From an uncultured virus (IMG/VR IMGVR_UViG_3300032069_000008) (Duplodnaviria; Heunggongvirae; Uroviricota; Caudoviricetes): a DNA stretch of 64,000 bases. Where the stretch lies: the IMG/VR virus record IMGVR_UViG_3300032069_000008. One strand, written 5' to 3'. Shown here piece after piece: positions 47,148 through 57,943 of the stretch (positions are counted from its first letter, which is position 1; each line of letters begins with the position of its first letter). Position numbers and translations under genes: made by a program. The notes under the pieces are model-generated. The model did no database searches, was not told the origin of the DNA, and worked only from the letters and a program-made list of their open reading frames with translations.

Positions 47148-47556
47148 AGACGCAAAGACGGACATAGTTGATTTCGTCAAAACACGTTTTGCCCATGTAA
47201 GAAGTGCCCAATTACAAGAGATACAGGAACATTTTCAGAAAGCACCATATGGACTTTCAGAAGGAACCATAATAAACTATCTGAATGAACTTGTTGATGG
47301 AAGAAAATTATCGACATGGAAATCAAAAAATCTTAGGTACTATGGCCCTCCAAAGATACCATTGCCGATAAAATTCGGCATAGCTGTTTGCACTATACTC
47401 ATCGTATCTGGTGTTTTAATAGATACTTTCTCTCCGGGGATTGTCAATTACATCTATTTTGCACATACGATGTTGCCCTTTATCACTTATTCAATTGTTT
47501 TATCATTGATTTTTACGGCAACTTGGTATGTCTCTCAGCGAAAACTATTTAAATGA
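47104..47556 (+). CDS. wHTH plus 2-TM protein
   Basis: SEGTI.NYLNELV helix followed by two TM segments. Confidence 0.65.
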   Translation: MRHKLVMVPEDKLHKDAKTDIVDFVKTRFAHVRSAQLQEIQEHFQKAPYGLSEGTIINYLNELVDGRKLSTWKSKNLRYYGPPKIPLPIKFGIAVCTILIVSGVLIDTFSPGIVNYIYFAHTMLPFITYSIVLSLIFTATWYVSQRKLFK

Positions 47557-47708
47557 TTTCATTTGAGAACCTCACACACAATCGTTTTCCTATCCTATGA
47601 GTATCTCATTTGATAACTGTATATAAACCCAATGAAGTATTATCTTCAAAGGCGGAACACTTGCGTAGCAAGATGCCCGTCATAAAAAACCTATTTGGAG
47701 GAAAAAAA

Positions 47709-48323
47709 ATGGCAGACAAAGCAATAGGAGCATTTATATTAGTCGCTTTAGTAGCGGCAGCAATAGGAGCTGGCGGAATGTATTACTACGACCAAGGAAC
47801 TACTGTACCGGCTGCATACCAAGCAGGTATGTCAGTAGCACCACAAGCAGTATACCAAGTAGCTGAACTTGATTTCACATGGGACACATCAGAAATATTT
47901 GACCACACTGCAACCGTAAACGCATCCGGTAACGTTGCAACCGATACAGATGTATCGCAAGACGTGACCATCGAAAACACAGATGAAACAATTGATGCAA
48001 TGGGCCTAATTGTTACCCTCAGAAACCCGAAGACAGGCGCATCCGGTATTGATGAAGACCTTGATGACGCACTTGATGATGTAATCATAACCATTGATTA
48101 CGGTACGTTAACTGGCGTTACCTTGCTAAAGGACAGCGTATTCCACGACAGACTCATTGGAGATATACCAGCTGGTGCTAGTGTAGTAGTAACAGTCACA
48201 GTGACATTCTTAGAGCACAACAATGAGGACTTCCCAGATGGGGCAACCCTTGACTGTGAATTGTACGTCTGGCAGCCTGGTGCTGACAACGTAGACTCAG
48301 TTGATTTCACAATCACAACCTAA
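47709..48323 (+). CDS. Acidic secreted or membrane-anchored beta-rich protein (candidate major structural protein)
   Basis: GGAGG ribosome-binding site, N-terminal hydrophobic helix, own terminator. Confidence 0.7.
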   Translation: MADKAIGAFILVALVAAAIGAGGMYYYDQGTTVPAAYQAGMSVAPQAVYQVAELDFTWDTSEIFDHTATVNASGNVATDTDVSQDVTIENTDETIDAMGLIVTLRNPKTGASGIDEDLDDALDDVIITIDYGTLTGVTLLKDSVFHDRLIGDIPAGASVVVTVTVTFLEHNNEDFPDGATLDCELYVWQPGADNVDSVDFTITT

Positions 48324-48343
48324 ACACAAAATAACTAAAAACG

Positions 48344-48387
48344 AAGGGGTTTTACCCCTTATCTCTTTTTTTCTTTTTTTATTTTTC
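48344..48387 (+). terminator. Hairpin plus T-tract terminator
   Basis: AAGGGGT-TTT-ACCCCTT followed by long T runs. Confidence 0.7.
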
Positions 48388-48450
48388 TGTATACTCGTTT
48401 TGTCCTAAAGTATAAAACATTCTAGCTTGATGTTGTTTTTGAGGTTAATT

Positions 48451-49608
48451 ATGAAAAAACAAAGTATAATGATATTAGTTTTTGCAGGAGCTTTTATATT
48501 ACTCCTGTCGATGGTGCCATCGACCACAGCTATACCCACCACAGACGACCGGGTAACAGTGACAGCGGTTTCAGGGACTTTAGACTTCGACTATTATATT
48601 AATGACAGTGGTGCACTGTATTATAACAATACCATCTACCTGCCATGTGAATTCGTTGAACTCTACAGTGCCGCTAATGTGTTGCTTAACATCACAGCGA
48701 CAAATGCAACTTACGGACTGAATTATTCCGTAGTTTGCAACGGTGGAGCCATCATAACTTATGCGGAAATTAATGGAATGGGTTCTCATGCCAGAACTTA
48801 CGACACTTTCATTGACAATGTGCCAGACAATACAACGGCGATAATTTGGATAAACATCTCTTGCAATGTAACCAACAATACAATAGTTCTACATTTCTGG
48901 GGTTCTGATGTTCCCATCGCAGACCAATGGTTAGCCGCAGTAACAACTCATATAAATGAGACGGATAACGACATACCGGATGTTGGTGGGCTTTGGAGCG
49001 TTACTGATAACGTCACTGTCTCACTCAACCAATATAACGTGACAGACGTTGATGTACTGTTTAACTATCCCAGTTCGTGTCATTTTACAGCAGACAATGT
49101 TTGGGTGAATGATACAGACATAACTGTTGGCGTCCTATCATATACTGAAATTACATACCAAAAAATGGGACCGGCACACGACCTCGACCCCAATGATGTC
49201 GATGAGGATATAACTGGAACATCGCATAAAGTGACTGTGGACTTTAATTCGGTTGACGAACTCACTGAAGCAAAGTGGACAATCAACCCAACTAATGCCA
49301 TCTGGGACGGAGCATTTGACACGCTCGATGAATCAACACTTGCCATTGAAATCAATAATCATGACCTTGGTGACAGCGATTGGTCAATTGGCAGCATTGA
49401 CATGGAAAATGTCGATATCGATGTCTCCGATAACACCGCCATCTTTACTTGGACTACCGCAGGTGCAGGGGCAGGGACAACAACACCGCCAGCACCAACT
49501 AATATCTTGACACAAGAAGCAATAGCAGGTGTTCCTAACTGGATACCTATAGGAATTGTCATTGTTGCTGTAATCGTAGGCTTTATCTTCTTGACGAAAA
49601 AGAAATAA
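48451..49608 (+). CDS. Acidic surface glycoprotein with C-terminal TM anchor
   Basis: Signal peptide, many NxS/T sequons, TM plus KKK. Confidence 0.8.
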   Translation: MKKQSIMILVFAGAFILLLSMVPSTTAIPTTDDRVTVTAVSGTLDFDYYINDSGALYYNNTIYLPCEFVELYSAANVLLNITATNATYGLNYSVVCNGGAIITYAEINGMGSHARTYDTFIDNVPDNTTAIIWINISCNVTNNTIVLHFWGSDVPIADQWLAAVTTHINETDNDIPDVGGLWSVTDNVTVSLNQYNVTDVDVLFNYPSSCHFTADNVWVNDTDITVGVLSYTEITYQKMGPAHDLDPNDVDEDITGTSHKVTVDFNSVDELTEAKWTINPTNAIWDGAFDTLDESTLAIEINNHDLGDSDWSIGSIDMENVDIDVSDNTAIFTWTTAGAGAGTTTPPAPTNILTQEAIAGVPNWIPIGIVIVAVIVGFIFLTKKK

Positions 49609-49691
49609 AACCTCTCTCTTTTCTCTTTTTTTGTATACTTCTATTGACATAATTGTTTTATAGTTTTGAAGCATTAACTTATTTGATATAT

Positions 49692-51149
49692 ATGCAAGAA
49701 AAGAGCAAATTCGTGTTAATCATAGCTGTAGTTGTAGTAGCCATATTACTTTTCAGTACAAATCCAAACCTTTTTAACCCTCTTGCAGCAGACCCAACAT
49801 ATCATACAGGTATTCCTTTGGCTGATGTAAACAACTTGAAAACTTTGCATTATGTTGAAGATGTATGGCATGGTAACGATATTCCAGGTACTGTTGATTG
49901 GCCGGATAAAGAACTGATGGCTGATACGGTATATGTGACATCTTTTTCAGGTGCTACACTTACAGGTGCATTGAGCGAAAGAATAGCAATCCAGGGAAAT
50001 GTATATGAAAATTCAGGGATAGAAACAAATATCCCAGAAACAGCATATTACAAAGTAGAGCTGAAAGAAGCAGGTAGAGATTGGATTACTATAGTAGATT
50101 TGAATGTAGTAGACACAAGATACGCAAAAGTTACTGGCGGTGTGGGTTCTAAAACACTTAACTATAATCCCGTTACGCCACCATGGGGCGACAGTTATCA
50201 ACGAATGGACTGTCCGGCAATACAAGTACAGATAGTTGGTGCGCATGTTGGTGCATTGAGGATATCCTTTGTGGTTTATTTCCGTGGCTTTCTTGGAATT
50301 GAGCATTGGTATAAAACGATGTCAAGAGATTATTGTTATTTGATTTCTGGTCAAGGGGCAATCAATATCGCTGGGCATGCAAGAACAGATGTTGTGATGT
50401 TTGAAAACGGAGAAACAGTACCGATACAAGTGACTGCTGATTACAGTGGTCCAGCCATAGGAGAATCAGGGAAATGGCAATTATGGGCATTCCCACAAGA
50501 TGGTCGCCCAGGCATGATGCTGAAAGAATGGACTTACGATTACTTCCGTGAAACATACAATTGGAAACTGCCAGATAATGCATGGGTCAGAGGTACAAGT
50601 GACAGCAAATGGAGGATAGAACTTAGAAATACGTTATTCTCAACAGATGCAATAATGGTCAATACGATTGATGTTAGGGCAAATGCTCCACCAACACCAA
50701 AGGTTACTGCATCGGTCACACAATTGAGTTTGAACAACCAAGTCACAATCACTATGTCGGGTGAAATAAATAGTCTTACCAATGAATCCATATCTTATTT
50801 CTGGGTTCGATGTGTATACTTTTCCGATAATGATAATTATCAATTCTTATATCAAAAAGTCACGGTATCCCCAGGAACTTTAACGTTTACTCCACCCAAA
50901 GCAGGTAAATTTAAAGTACAGGTATGGTCACATGACGTAGCAGGAAGGGAATCAGAGAAACCGGCGGAAATAACTATAGAAGTCCTTCCTTCTGGAGCAA
51001 TCCTTCCAACGCCTATAATTCCTGGTGGTTGGGAGATTTGGCTTCTGTTTGCAATTATAATAATTGTCATTATCGGAGTAGTTATGTATTTCTATCAAAA
51101 AAGAGGCATGTGGAAAACGCCCAAATTGTTTAGGAGGAAGAAACGATGA
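49692..51149 (+). CDS. Surface protein with N- and C-terminal TM helices and Ig-like domain
   Basis: Hydrophobic termini, beta-rich body. Confidence 0.78.
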   Translation: MQEKSKFVLIIAVVVVAILLFSTNPNLFNPLAADPTYHTGIPLADVNNLKTLHYVEDVWHGNDIPGTVDWPDKELMADTVYVTSFSGATLTGALSERIAIQGNVYENSGIETNIPETAYYKVELKEAGRDWITIVDLNVVDTRYAKVTGGVGSKTLNYNPVTPPWGDSYQRMDCPAIQVQIVGAHVGALRISFVVYFRGFLGIEHWYKTMSRDYCYLISGQGAINIAGHARTDVVMFENGETVPIQVTADYSGPAIGESGKWQLWAFPQDGRPGMMLKEWTYDYFRETYNWKLPDNAWVRGTSDSKWRIELRNTLFSTDAIMVNTIDVRANAPPTPKVTASVTQLSLNNQVTITMSGEINSLTNESISYFWVRCVYFSDNDNYQFLYQKVTVSPGTLTFTPPKAGKFKVQVWSHDVAGRESEKPAEITIEVLPSGAILPTPIIPGGWEIWLLFAIIIIVIIGVVMYFYQKRGMWKTPKLFRRKKR

Positions 51150-53659
51150 ATAAGAATACAAAAATAATAGGAATAATTGCAATTCTTATCGTAGTGGCTT
51201 TGTTATTTACCAGTTCGCCTACGTTGATACAAATATTATCAAATCCATCTACCGCTACAGTGGATTATTCTGCCGTCGGAACGCATTTTAATCACTGGAC
51301 TGGTGGAACACAGGGTAAAACACTGGTTGCTGGAACAACTGGTGTTGAGCTATTTGACCAGCAAACTTATGTAACAGCATGGTACAGCAGTACAAAGCGC
51401 AGTGAAAAGATTGGACTGCATGGCTCGTTAGATTATTATCAGCAATGGGAAACTGGGGCTGTGGGGCGTTATCCAATGGTCCTCCTCAACAATTACTGGT
51501 GGGATATAAAATATGTTGATACATCGGGCGTTTCTCACAAGTTAGCATGGGATGGCGGTTACGATAGCAATTACATAGATTTTGTTAGTGAACCAGGATT
51601 TATTACGAATTTTAACAGGCAGAAGTTCCCAGGTATTGCTGGTCAATACCAGCCAAACGGTGCTAGTTGGACCGCTGGGCAGAACTTAGTGGGCGACTGG
51701 TGGGTATATAATAGAAATTCGGCAGGAAATGAAGTTAAAGCATATACAAAATATCCATCTGCATTGCCAACAGAAACCTCTTTATTTTATTTAAAAGGAC
51801 CATTAGATGGATACATGACGGCAGATTTATATGTACGTTGGGCAGATTACAATTCGTGGTTTGGAGGTTTTCTGGGGTTAGTATTTTATTGGCAATATTA
51901 TCCAACAAATACTAAAATCGCATCAGATACCGCATTGCTAAACTCTGGTGATGGGCAAGTTGATGTCGATGGATACAATAAAGTAGGTACTAGTGGTGGA
52001 GCAAATGCTGAAGGTACAGGCGAATATTACGCAAAATATCTTTACCAAGAAGGTCAGACTGTCAAATTCAATTTGAAGTTAGGTGCGGCTGGTATTACAT
52101 CACCCGTAGCAGCAAATACAGATAAATCAAAACAATGGAAACTAGAAATCATCAAACCAGACGGCACTTCATATACGGATACCGCACAAGGCTATCCTAA
52201 ATATTTCACCACAGAGAAGACTACAACAACTGCAACATGGAAGATACCGATGGATGCAGTTGCAAGCGGTGGAACGGATGCTGGATGGAAGATTAGACTT
52301 ACTAATGGTCTGATGGTGCAATCCGAAGTAAAAGTATTTGTCGTTAAAGATTTGAGTGTAGTGCCCGGCAAAGCAAAGATAACATCTCCAATTGGCGGAA
52401 CTAAATTCATACTGGGGAACGCAATATCCGTGTATTGTACGGCGTCGCCAAATCCAATAACTAACAGTCCTATAGCAAAATTCGATGGGTGGGCCAAATA
52501 CTATAGCACGACAAGTGCCTCTTATGCTTTTTCATCGTCATCAATCACTACAAAAGACAGCCAGGGTCAGTTTTACTTTACATTCACTCCAGACCGTGTT
52601 GGAAACATCTACCTGATGGTTCATGCAATCGACAGTGCAGGTCAACCAGGCGGAGAATCAGACGTGGTAACAATTTCTGTTGTTGCAACGCCTAAATATC
52701 TGGTTACTGTATTAGTATCTGATAGTGTCACAAATGCGGCAATCGATAGTGCTACGGTAATCTTTGGTTCCTATTCACAACCAACAGTAAATGGTGTGAC
52801 ACAATTCACAATCGAATCTGGCAATTATGCTCTTATCGTCTCTAAATCAGGATATAACACATATTACGGCGGAACAATTGTCATAACCGCAGCTAAGAAC
52901 ATACCCGTATCTCTTGTTTCAAGCACGCCAATACCTCCCCCACCTCCAACAGATACCGATAGTGACGGGATACTCGACACAGTGGATAATTGTCCCAATG
53001 CGTTCAATCCATATCAAGAGGATGCCGATGGAGACGGAATTGGTGATGTATGTGAAGGCGTACCAATGCCACCGTCAAAATACACGATAACGTTCACTAT
53101 TTCTACAGATGCAGGTAAATTGGCAGGTGCCACAGTCACATTAGGAAATGTCAGCGGAACAGTAGATGAAGGAACAACAGATGCAAATGGATTAGTGGCC
53201 TTGCAAGTCCCTACTGGAATTTATTCATTGACAGTCACGGCAACAGACTATCACGACCATGAAGAATCAATGGTCATAACGGCAGATGAACCAAAAGAAG
53301 TGTTGATGATATCAGATAACATAATAACATATGATTTATCAATAACTGTAGTTGCAGCAGGGCAGACCCAAGTGCCAATTGCAGGTGCATTAGTTGATGT
53401 AGATGGTACAACAGACACTACTGATACATACGGCATAGCCCGATTTAATTTACAACCTGGTTCAAAAACAATAAAAGTTACAAAGGCAGGATATTCAGAT
53501 GCTACGTCAACAGTCCAATTAGATTCTTCAAGCCAAACAGCAACAATTACAATGACAAGTAAAGGTATACCCGGATTTGAACTAATAAGTTTAATCGTTG
53601 CAGTTGGAGTTACACTAGCACTGTTAAGAAGAAGAGACAAAAAGGAAAAGAAAGAATGA
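51146..53659 (+). CDS. Surface protein with TSP type-3 Ca-binding repeat, carboxypeptidase-regulatory-like domains and PGF-CTERM
   Basis: DTDSDGILDTVDNCP..NP.QED.DGDGIGDVC; IPGFE plus TM plus RRR. Confidence 0.85.
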   Translation: MNKNTKIIGIIAILIVVALLFTSSPTLIQILSNPSTATVDYSAVGTHFNHWTGGTQGKTLVAGTTGVELFDQQTYVTAWYSSTKRSEKIGLHGSLDYYQQWETGAVGRYPMVLLNNYWWDIKYVDTSGVSHKLAWDGGYDSNYIDFVSEPGFITNFNRQKFPGIAGQYQPNGASWTAGQNLVGDWWVYNRNSAGNEVKAYTKYPSALPTETSLFYLKGPLDGYMTADLYVRWADYNSWFGGFLGLVFYWQYYPTNTKIASDTALLNSGDGQVDVDGYNKVGTSGGANAEGTGEYYAKYLYQEGQTVKFNLKLGAAGITSPVAANTDKSKQWKLEIIKPDGTSYTDTAQGYPKYFTTEKTTTTATWKIPMDAVASGGTDAGWKIRLTNGLMVQSEVKVFVVKDLSVVPGKAKITSPIGGTKFILGNAISVYCTASPNPITNSPIAKFDGWAKYYSTTSASYAFSSSSITTKDSQGQFYFTFTPDRVGNIYLMVHAIDSAGQPGGESDVVTISVVATPKYLVTVLVSDSVTNAAIDSATVIFGSYSQPTVNGVTQFTIESGNYALIVSKSGYNTYYGGTIVITAAKNIPVSLVSSTPIPPPPPTDTDSDGILDTVDNCPNAFNPYQEDADGDGIGDVCEGVPMPPSKYTITFTISTDAGKLAGATVTLGNVSGTVDEGTTDANGLVALQVPTGIYSLTVTATDYHDHEESMVITADEPKEVLMISDNIITYDLSITVVAAGQTQVPIAGALVDVDGTTDTTDTYGIARFNLQPGSKTIKVTKAGYSDATSTVQLDSSSQTATITMTSKGIPGFELISLIVAVGVTLALLRRRDKKEKKE

Positions 53660-54216
53660 AAAAATTCATAATAGTTATAATCCTCATGCTGACAGCGGTA
53701 TCGATATTTAGCGGATGCACTACAACTAATATTACAGAGAAAGGAACATATAATGAAAAGTTAAGTGAACAATACATAAAAGCTACTCAATACAGTGTGT
53801 CGCAAAGCATGTTAGAGCCAAAACTTGGCTATACTTACAAAATTTATATTTTGCCCAATTCAAGTGATGTGAACATATACGGTCAAGGTGTTTATCCTGA
53901 TGCTAAAGAAGAATACGTAGACAATAGTACGATTGATGCAAACGGTGTCATTGATATTGGATGGAAATATGATTCAACAGGAAATCTATCACGTATTGTT
54001 TTTAAAGATGTTCCTGTGCCATTAGATGGTACACAATATTATGTATACAGCGGTCCTTTTGAAAAAGGATACAATATAATAGTCTACAAAAAAAACAAAC
54101 TTGATATGATGGAAGATAAACCCAATTCACAATACGCAGAAGTAAAATATCTTGGCATATACGATTATGAGAACGACACAGCCACATTATATCATTTTAT
54201 GGAGCCAATACCATGA
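53656..54216 (+). CDS. Lipoprotein
   Basis: Signal peptide with FSGC lipobox. Confidence 0.75.
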   Translation: MKKFIIVIILMLTAVSIFSGCTTTNITEKGTYNEKLSEQYIKATQYSVSQSMLEPKLGYTYKIYILPNSSDVNIYGQGVYPDAKEEYVDNSTIDANGVIDIGWKYDSTGNLSRIVFKDVPVPLDGTQYYVYSGPFEKGYNIIVYKKNKLDMMEDKPNSQYAEVKYLGIYDYENDTATLYHFMEPIP

Positions 54217-54836
54217 AAACAAAAATAATCATACTAGCGATAATCTTTCTTTCTTTATTTTCAACATTAGCGTCAGCACAGGAAGAAGCAAGACCAGGGG
54301 ATTACGTAAATATCAAAGTCACGAATCTTGAACTATCGACGAAAGGTTGGCCAGTAATCGGTATTGTTACAGGCGGTTGGACACCTGCTTATGTCAAATG
54401 GTACCTCATAGACCCATATGGAAACACAGTATATATGATAGATAAATCAATTAATAGTGTTAACAAAATGTCTGGTGCGGGGATAGGTGAATCGAAGTTT
54501 CAGATTTCAGATGATGCTGGTCTTATAGAAATACCTGCTTTTGCAACATACGGGATGTGGACTGTGAAAGCAAAATTCTATGACGTAAATAAAATCGGTT
54601 TCATAACATGGAGCAACAGTCAAGGTACAACAATTTTAGCACCAATCTATGTTGGGGACAGTGGTTGGATGGACAGCCTGGGTGCACCAATGTATGTATA
54701 TTGGAACATCATGGGTTTTGAGATTTCATTTGCAACGCCTGATGTATTATTTTTGATTGCAATAATAGTTGTTGTAATAATAGTTCTTATAAATATAATG
54801 GCCTTCTTAGGCAGGAGAAAAAGAAAACATGCTTAG
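54213..54836 (+). CDS. Secreted protein with C-terminal TM
   Basis: ASA cleavage site; TM plus RRKRK. Confidence 0.75.
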   Translation: MKTKIIILAIIFLSLFSTLASAQEEARPGDYVNIKVTNLELSTKGWPVIGIVTGGWTPAYVKWYLIDPYGNTVYMIDKSINSVNKMSGAGIGESKFQISDDAGLIEIPAFATYGMWTVKAKFYDVNKIGFITWSNSQGTTILAPIYVGDSGWMDSLGAPMYVYWNIMGFEISFATPDVLFLIAIIVVVIIVLINIMAFLGRRKRKHA

Positions 54837-55053
54837 AAAATTGAGAAAAGAAACATATGCGCAATTTGGAATAATGTGCGTAGTAATGTTTTTTGTGATG
54901 CTGTTGGGCGGTGGAATATCCCTCTGGTTCTTGATGCCACTGGTCGAAAAGATGGGCCAATGCCTGTTGATATATATCGTAATACCTTTGGTCGTGATGG
55001 TCATTCTAGCCATTCTTGTTAAACGCTATTTATTGGGAGGCAAGAAAAAATGA
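54829..55053 (+). CDS. Small 2-TM protein
   Basis: Two hydrophobic helices. Confidence 0.65.
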   Translation: MLRKLRKETYAQFGIMCVVMFFVMLLGGGISLWFLMPLVEKMGQCLLIYIVIPLVVMVILAILVKRYLLGGKKK

Positions 55054-56243
55054 TAGAAATGGAAGTAATGTTATTTGGAATGTTGGGTATGCTCACATCG
55101 TTGATAATCGGTTTTGTCGTAACAGAAGGAAGGTCATTAAAACTTAATGCATTATTAGTACTACAAGGTGCTTTGACCGGTTGGATTGGTGGGATGATAT
55201 GGGTCGTCATTACAGGCGGACTGCAAGTAACGTTGTTCGCTCTAATCATTCCGGTGTTTGTTTCAGCTCTGTTCTCATTCCTGATACTTGACAGGTCTTC
55301 ATCACGAATATTAGGCAACAAGCATGTCGATAAAAGGGTTACAACGCTTGCACTGGTATCATTGTTCATCCTTGCATTCGGCGTCGCTTATACTGGCATA
55401 CCAACAATATACAAATCAACGCCTAATGCACAGCAATTCTCAGTCGCACCGCTTTCGTTTACGCCAGGCGAACAGGTAGTTACAACATTAAGTTACACCA
55501 CGTCTTCAAATGCGATACCGATGACAATAGATTATACAAGTAGCAGTGCAACGTTCAATACAATGGCTGAAAATCCAGCGAAAGGCATGTACTATAATTT
55601 CAAGATATATTTCACACCAAATATTGCATGGCCGGAACCATATATAAAAATGGCAATATACAAGGACACTGATGGAAACGGAAAACTTAGCCCAGGCGAT
55701 GTGCTATGGTCCGATTCTGATTACAAAATATCGACAGAAAATACAAATTGGAAAATAAACTGCCTGTGGAAGAACAACGTACCACAATACGGCGTATTCA
55801 CCTCCAACGGAAAGATGCTTCCGATTTTCCATGCAAGCCAGATAACAAAAGTATCTGATGAGACAAATATAAAGTTCTTGAACACGCCAGAGGGTTTCGC
55901 ACCGCAGGTTGACATGCTCTCATGGAATGAAAAAGGATTGCAAGAGCAAGTGGTATCATACGCAACAGTGTCCGCCGGTGAGACAACGACAATACAAGGC
56001 AGGGCATTTTGTAACGCTGACAACCTTGGGAAAAACATCATCGTGGTAAGGGCATACTGTGCCTGCATCTCAGACCCGTTCACAGAATCACAGCCGATGC
56101 AAGAAAAAGTAATCCCGTTCACAGTAACGCCAACCGCACAGGACACAACCATCGCAGGAATGCCTATGCCCGGGGTAGCGTTAATCCTTGGCTTCATGGT
56201 TCTGATTGCTTTTCTTATAGCTAGAAAGGAGGGAGACATATAG
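55050..56243 (+). CDS. Multi-TM protein with extracellular domain
   Basis: Four N-terminal TMs, DTDGNGKL Ca-loop-like motif, C-terminal TM. Confidence 0.75.
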   Translation: MIEMEVMLFGMLGMLTSLIIGFVVTEGRSLKLNALLVLQGALTGWIGGMIWVVITGGLQVTLFALIIPVFVSALFSFLILDRSSSRILGNKHVDKRVTTLALVSLFILAFGVAYTGIPTIYKSTPNAQQFSVAPLSFTPGEQVVTTLSYTTSSNAIPMTIDYTSSSATFNTMAENPAKGMYYNFKIYFTPNIAWPEPYIKMAIYKDTDGNGKLSPGDVLWSDSDYKISTENTNWKINCLWKNNVPQYGVFTSNGKMLPIFHASQITKVSDETNIKFLNTPEGFAPQVDMLSWNEKGLQEQVVSYATVSAGETTTIQGRAFCNADNLGKNIIVVRAYCACISDPFTESQPMQEKVIPFTVTPTAQDTTIAGMPMPGVALILGFMVLIAFLIARKEGDI

Positions 56244-56272
56244 CTGATTTAGGCTCCCTTTCCTGCCTATCC

Positions 56273-56449
56273 ATGCCGCTAAAATGCCTGTTGCTCATGA
56301 TGATGATAGGCGGGATAATGATTTCGCCCATACTTGCAATGTTCGGTCCTGTCGGATGGGTTGCTGATGCAGGAGTGCTTATAACAGCATTTATTGGGCT
56401 CTTTATTACAACAGGCGGAAACCTATTAAAAATATTTGATAAATTCTAG
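56273..56449 (+). CDS. Small 2-TM protein (not in ORF track; possible ATA start at 56240)
   Basis: Hydrophobic 58-aa frame filling the operon gap. Confidence 0.55.
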   Translation: MPLKCLLLMMMIGGIMISPILAMFGPVGWVADAGVLITAFIGLFITTGGNLLKIFDKF

Positions 56450-56457
56450 GCAGCACT

Positions 56458-57885
56458 ATGGAAAAAAATACATACCGTATAATAGGCGTAGCTGTCATCA
56501 TTCTGGCTTTAGTTGCATTAGCTTTTAGCACGGGCACTGTTAAGATGCCCGGTGTTACTACTGTTGCAATAATGGATGCGTCGCTGGTCAACCAGACGGG
56601 GCTGGTAGATGTGATAATAGAACTTCAAACACCCCCAGGCACAATGGCTACTATCCAAGCCCAAGATGTCTTCACTCAAAGTGTAGAAGCGTTGAATGGT
56701 TTTGTTACTGATAGTATTATTTATTCAGACAATGCAGTAAGAGTAACAATAGATGCACGACAATTATCGGAACTTGCATCAAATCCAAATGTAAAACAGA
56801 TAGTCAGGAACATAGTAGTGTGGTATGCACCGCAGTCGGTTGAAAGCCAGACGGATTTAGGCTTGGCAGATACCAGATATTCCATGCTAGATGTATTGCC
56901 TTTGTGGGAGCAGGGATTGACAGGAAATGGCATAGTAGTCGCAGTCGTTGATACAGGCATCAATTCAGATTTAGATATCTTCCAGAGAAATGGAAAAAGC
57001 ATAGTGGTAGACAGCCTTCAGTTATACGGCGAATACGTCATGTGGCATGGTTCTGCTGTTGCAAGCTGTATAGCATCGCAGGATGAGACCATAAAGGGCA
57101 TTGCACCCGGAGTAGACCTATTAAACGTCGAAGTATTCATGTCAAGTGGAGGGGCACAGCTATTCGACATAAAAAAAGGCTGGGACTGGGTTGCAAAATG
57201 GAAGATAGACCACCCCGATAAATATGTCATTTGCTGTAATTCCATAGGGGCATCCCCGATTGGACTTACTGGTGGCTGGCTTGCACCAGGTATTTTAGAT
57301 AGCCAGGCAAACAATATGGTTCTAAAATATAACATACCAATGATTGTGGCTGCCGGAAACGGTCATCCAGAAGTACCAAGCACGATGAAAGTGAATTGCC
57401 CAGGTCAGGCTCAGTATGTTCTTACAGTTGGTGCAGTCGATTTTGATGGCAAAATTGCTTATTTTTCCTGTAGAGCTGGTACTGTTGATGGGAAACCAAA
57501 ACCTGATGTTGTCGCACCAGGCGTTAACGTAAGAATGTTCAACGATGAAGGTAATGAAATTGTTGCAAGTGGTACAAGTTTCTCAACACCGCTCACAGTG
57601 GGCGTAGCTGCGTTGATAGCTGAAAATCACAAGAATTATTCTGCTTGGCAATTAGAAAATGCAATAAAGAAAGGAGCAGACCGCAAGATACTGCCAACTG
57701 CCCAATATGACACAACATACGGATACGGTTTAGTTGATGCTAAAGCGGGATTGGAATCATTGGGAACGGAAACACCTGCTGTTACACCGACTATTCAAAT
57801 CTCAAGTGAATATATTATTCTGTTTCTTGTAATAATAGGAATCATACTGTTTTTGTATCCAACCCTTAAAAAGATGAAAAAGTGA
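56458..57885 (+). CDS. Membrane-anchored S8 subtilisin-like protease with I9-like propeptide
   Basis: VVDTG, HGS, AAGN, GTSF, KPDVVAPG; C-terminal TM. Confidence 0.9.
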   Translation: MEKNTYRIIGVAVIILALVALAFSTGTVKMPGVTTVAIMDASLVNQTGLVDVIIELQTPPGTMATIQAQDVFTQSVEALNGFVTDSIIYSDNAVRVTIDARQLSELASNPNVKQIVRNIVVWYAPQSVESQTDLGLADTRYSMLDVLPLWEQGLTGNGIVVAVVDTGINSDLDIFQRNGKSIVVDSLQLYGEYVMWHGSAVASCIASQDETIKGIAPGVDLLNVEVFMSSGGAQLFDIKKGWDWVAKWKIDHPDKYVICCNSIGASPIGLTGGWLAPGILDSQANNMVLKYNIPMIVAAGNGHPEVPSTMKVNCPGQAQYVLTVGAVDFDGKIAYFSCRAGTVDGKPKPDVVAPGVNVRMFNDEGNEIVASGTSFSTPLTVGVAALIAENHKNYSAWQLENAIKKGADRKILPTAQYDTTYGYGLVDAKAGLESLGTETPAVTPTIQISSEYIILFLVIIGIILFLYPTLKKMKK

Positions 57886-57943
57886 TGTATACGCATTTTG
57901 CCATAATCCTTATAATAACTGAAAGCATTTCTTAGTTGATAAT

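Noticed and set aside
47709..48323. Firm assignment as major capsid protein or archaeal pilin
   Set aside because: No recognisable capsid motif or clear class III signal-peptide cleavage site; kept only as a candidate structural protein.
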